64,000 nt of DNA, from contig NW_019091361.1 in NCBI RefSeq assembly GCF_001949145.1, forward strand, positions 1,838,866 through 1,902,865, read 5' to 3'. Below the pieces are notes generated by a model, which saw nothing but the letters and a program-made list of their open reading frames with translations, had not been told where the DNA came from and did no database searches. The position numbers were made by a program, and so were the translations under genes. This DNA is from Acanthaster planci (taxonomy: Eukaryota). Positions 62,872-64,000 of the stretch are shown here, in pieces; the first letter of the stretch is position 1, and every line of letters starts with the position of its first letter.

Positions 62872-63012
62872 GTACGCTTCCCCCTACTCACTAAGTTTCA
62901 GCGTTAGTTGCATGTGCTTGTTTGTGTATATAATGAAACAGTAAAAGAAGTATGTTCAGTGTTTGCTAGCACAACTCTTGGATTTCAAGTTGCATTTTTC
63001 TCTGTGCCGTAG

Positions 63013-63107
63013 ATGAGATGGAGATGGTGCCCTTTGACCGTGCCTATGCCGTTCAACAGATCCAGTCTGGAGGAGGGCTGGTTTTGTCTGACTTCAACAA
63101 GTCACAG
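63013..63107 (+). CDS. TP53BP1: 53BP1 coding exon 29 (BRCT1)
   Basis: PFDRAYAVQQIQSGGGLVLSDFNKSQ vs human PFNKQYTESQLRAGAGYILEDFNEAQ; phase 1 to 0. Confidence 0.93.
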
Positions 63108-63562
63108 GTCAGTAAACCTAACCCCTAATAAAAGGGGTGTCTCTAATTCTGGCACCCAGATATCCAAGCTAGCCCCCATAGAGTGTCAGTCCAGTAAAAC
63201 CTGAAAAAATAGACTTAAAGCAACTTTCTTTTATGTTGTCAGTGCTTATAGCGTTGGGATTAAGTTGTACTTACAAAGTCAACAGATGGACTGAATGATC
63301 TTGCTTTTTATTTTTGACTCAATGGCTGTTCTGTTTTTCTGTGAATTGTTTTTCCATGTCTGTCTTTGTTTTGTGTTGTTTTTTGAGGTTTCTTTCGTTT
63401 GCTTTTTACAGAGAGCGTAATTTCCCTTTGAGCCTCATTGAACATTTATAGTGCTGTTAATGTCCTAAAAAAGATGATGTAACAGACACCCATTTCTTGT
63501 TCCTTTGCAATTCACCAGTGGTACTTGCTCATCACAGATTTTTGCCCAAACTCTTTCATCAG

Positions 63563-63685
63563 ATTACCAAGATGAAAGTACTGCTGATAGCCAACACCTA
63601 CTGCCGCACCAAGAAATACTTCCAAGCCCTGGCTGCCGGCATTCCCTGCATCTCCCACCTCTGGCTACGAGACTGCTGTAAATCG
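63563..63685 (+). CDS. TP53BP1: 53BP1 coding exon 30 (BRCT1); gene continues beyond the window
   Basis: LLIANTYCRTKKYFQALAAGIPCISHLWLRDCC vs human LLIADQHCRTRKYFLCLASGIPCVSHVWVHDSC. Confidence 0.95.
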
Positions 63686-64000
63686 GTACGGGAAGGCAGT
63701 GGAATTTAATAGGTTTGGGCAGTAGTGTGGCAGGTGCGGGGGAGTGAATTACACATTGCAGTGGGATAGAGGTTATAAGAGCAAAAGAGGGATGCTGAGA
63801 AAGCATTGCCGAGATGTTAACGAAGAAAAGTTAGAATTGCAAAAATCTTAATTTGCAGGAGGCAACCATGCTTATAAAGCAAAGGGAAATGGTGAAAATA
63901 GATTGACTGGAACAAAAATTATATTGAGGACAGTTAGATACAGCCCTGGGTTTGGACAAGGAATGAGATGAAAATGTTCCTGGATAGCAAAGATGTAGAG

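Larger units (their letters stand above)
39461..63685 (+). other. TP53BP1: 53BP1 (TP53-binding protein 1) gene span, 30 coding exons, truncated by the window end
   Basis: All exons join in compatible phase (7071 nt = 2357 codons); domain order SQ-rich N-terminus, OD, Tudor x2, UDR, NLS, BRCT matches 53BP1. Confidence 0.95.

Overview
Eukaryotic, intron-rich animal genomic DNA; an invertebrate deuterostome such as an echinoderm is plausible but is inference. There are no prokaryotic features (no operons, CRISPR or IS elements). Two + strand protein-coding genes could be reconstructed by hand with consistent GT-AG splice phases. (1) A complete 3-exon repulsive guidance molecule (RGM) gene at 23717-31169, about 469 aa, with signal peptide, GDPH autocleavage site and GPI-type tail. 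(2) A 53BP1/TP53BP1 orthologue starting at 39461, with 30 coding exons (about 2357 codons): SQ/TQ-rich disordered N-terminus, oligomerisation domain, tandem Tudor, UDR, NLS and BRCT1; it runs off the right edge before BRCT2. The first ~23 kb has no recognisable coding sequence. Non-autonomous elements are numerous (foldback palindromes, hAT-, piggyBac-, PIF/Harbinger- and P-like MITEs, tRNA-derived elements), and there is a 331-N gap. Best leads: a tandemly duplicated 53BP1 exon module carrying candidate phospho-docking motifs, a tRNA-cloverleaf-bearing palindromic element with an 11-bp target-site duplication, a Pumilio-element cluster in the RGM 3' UTR, a 33-bp minimal TIR element, and a sharp CpG contrast between the two genes. 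I found no clear wholly new multi-gene system. Human sequences and residue numbers are quoted from memory and need alignment to confirm.
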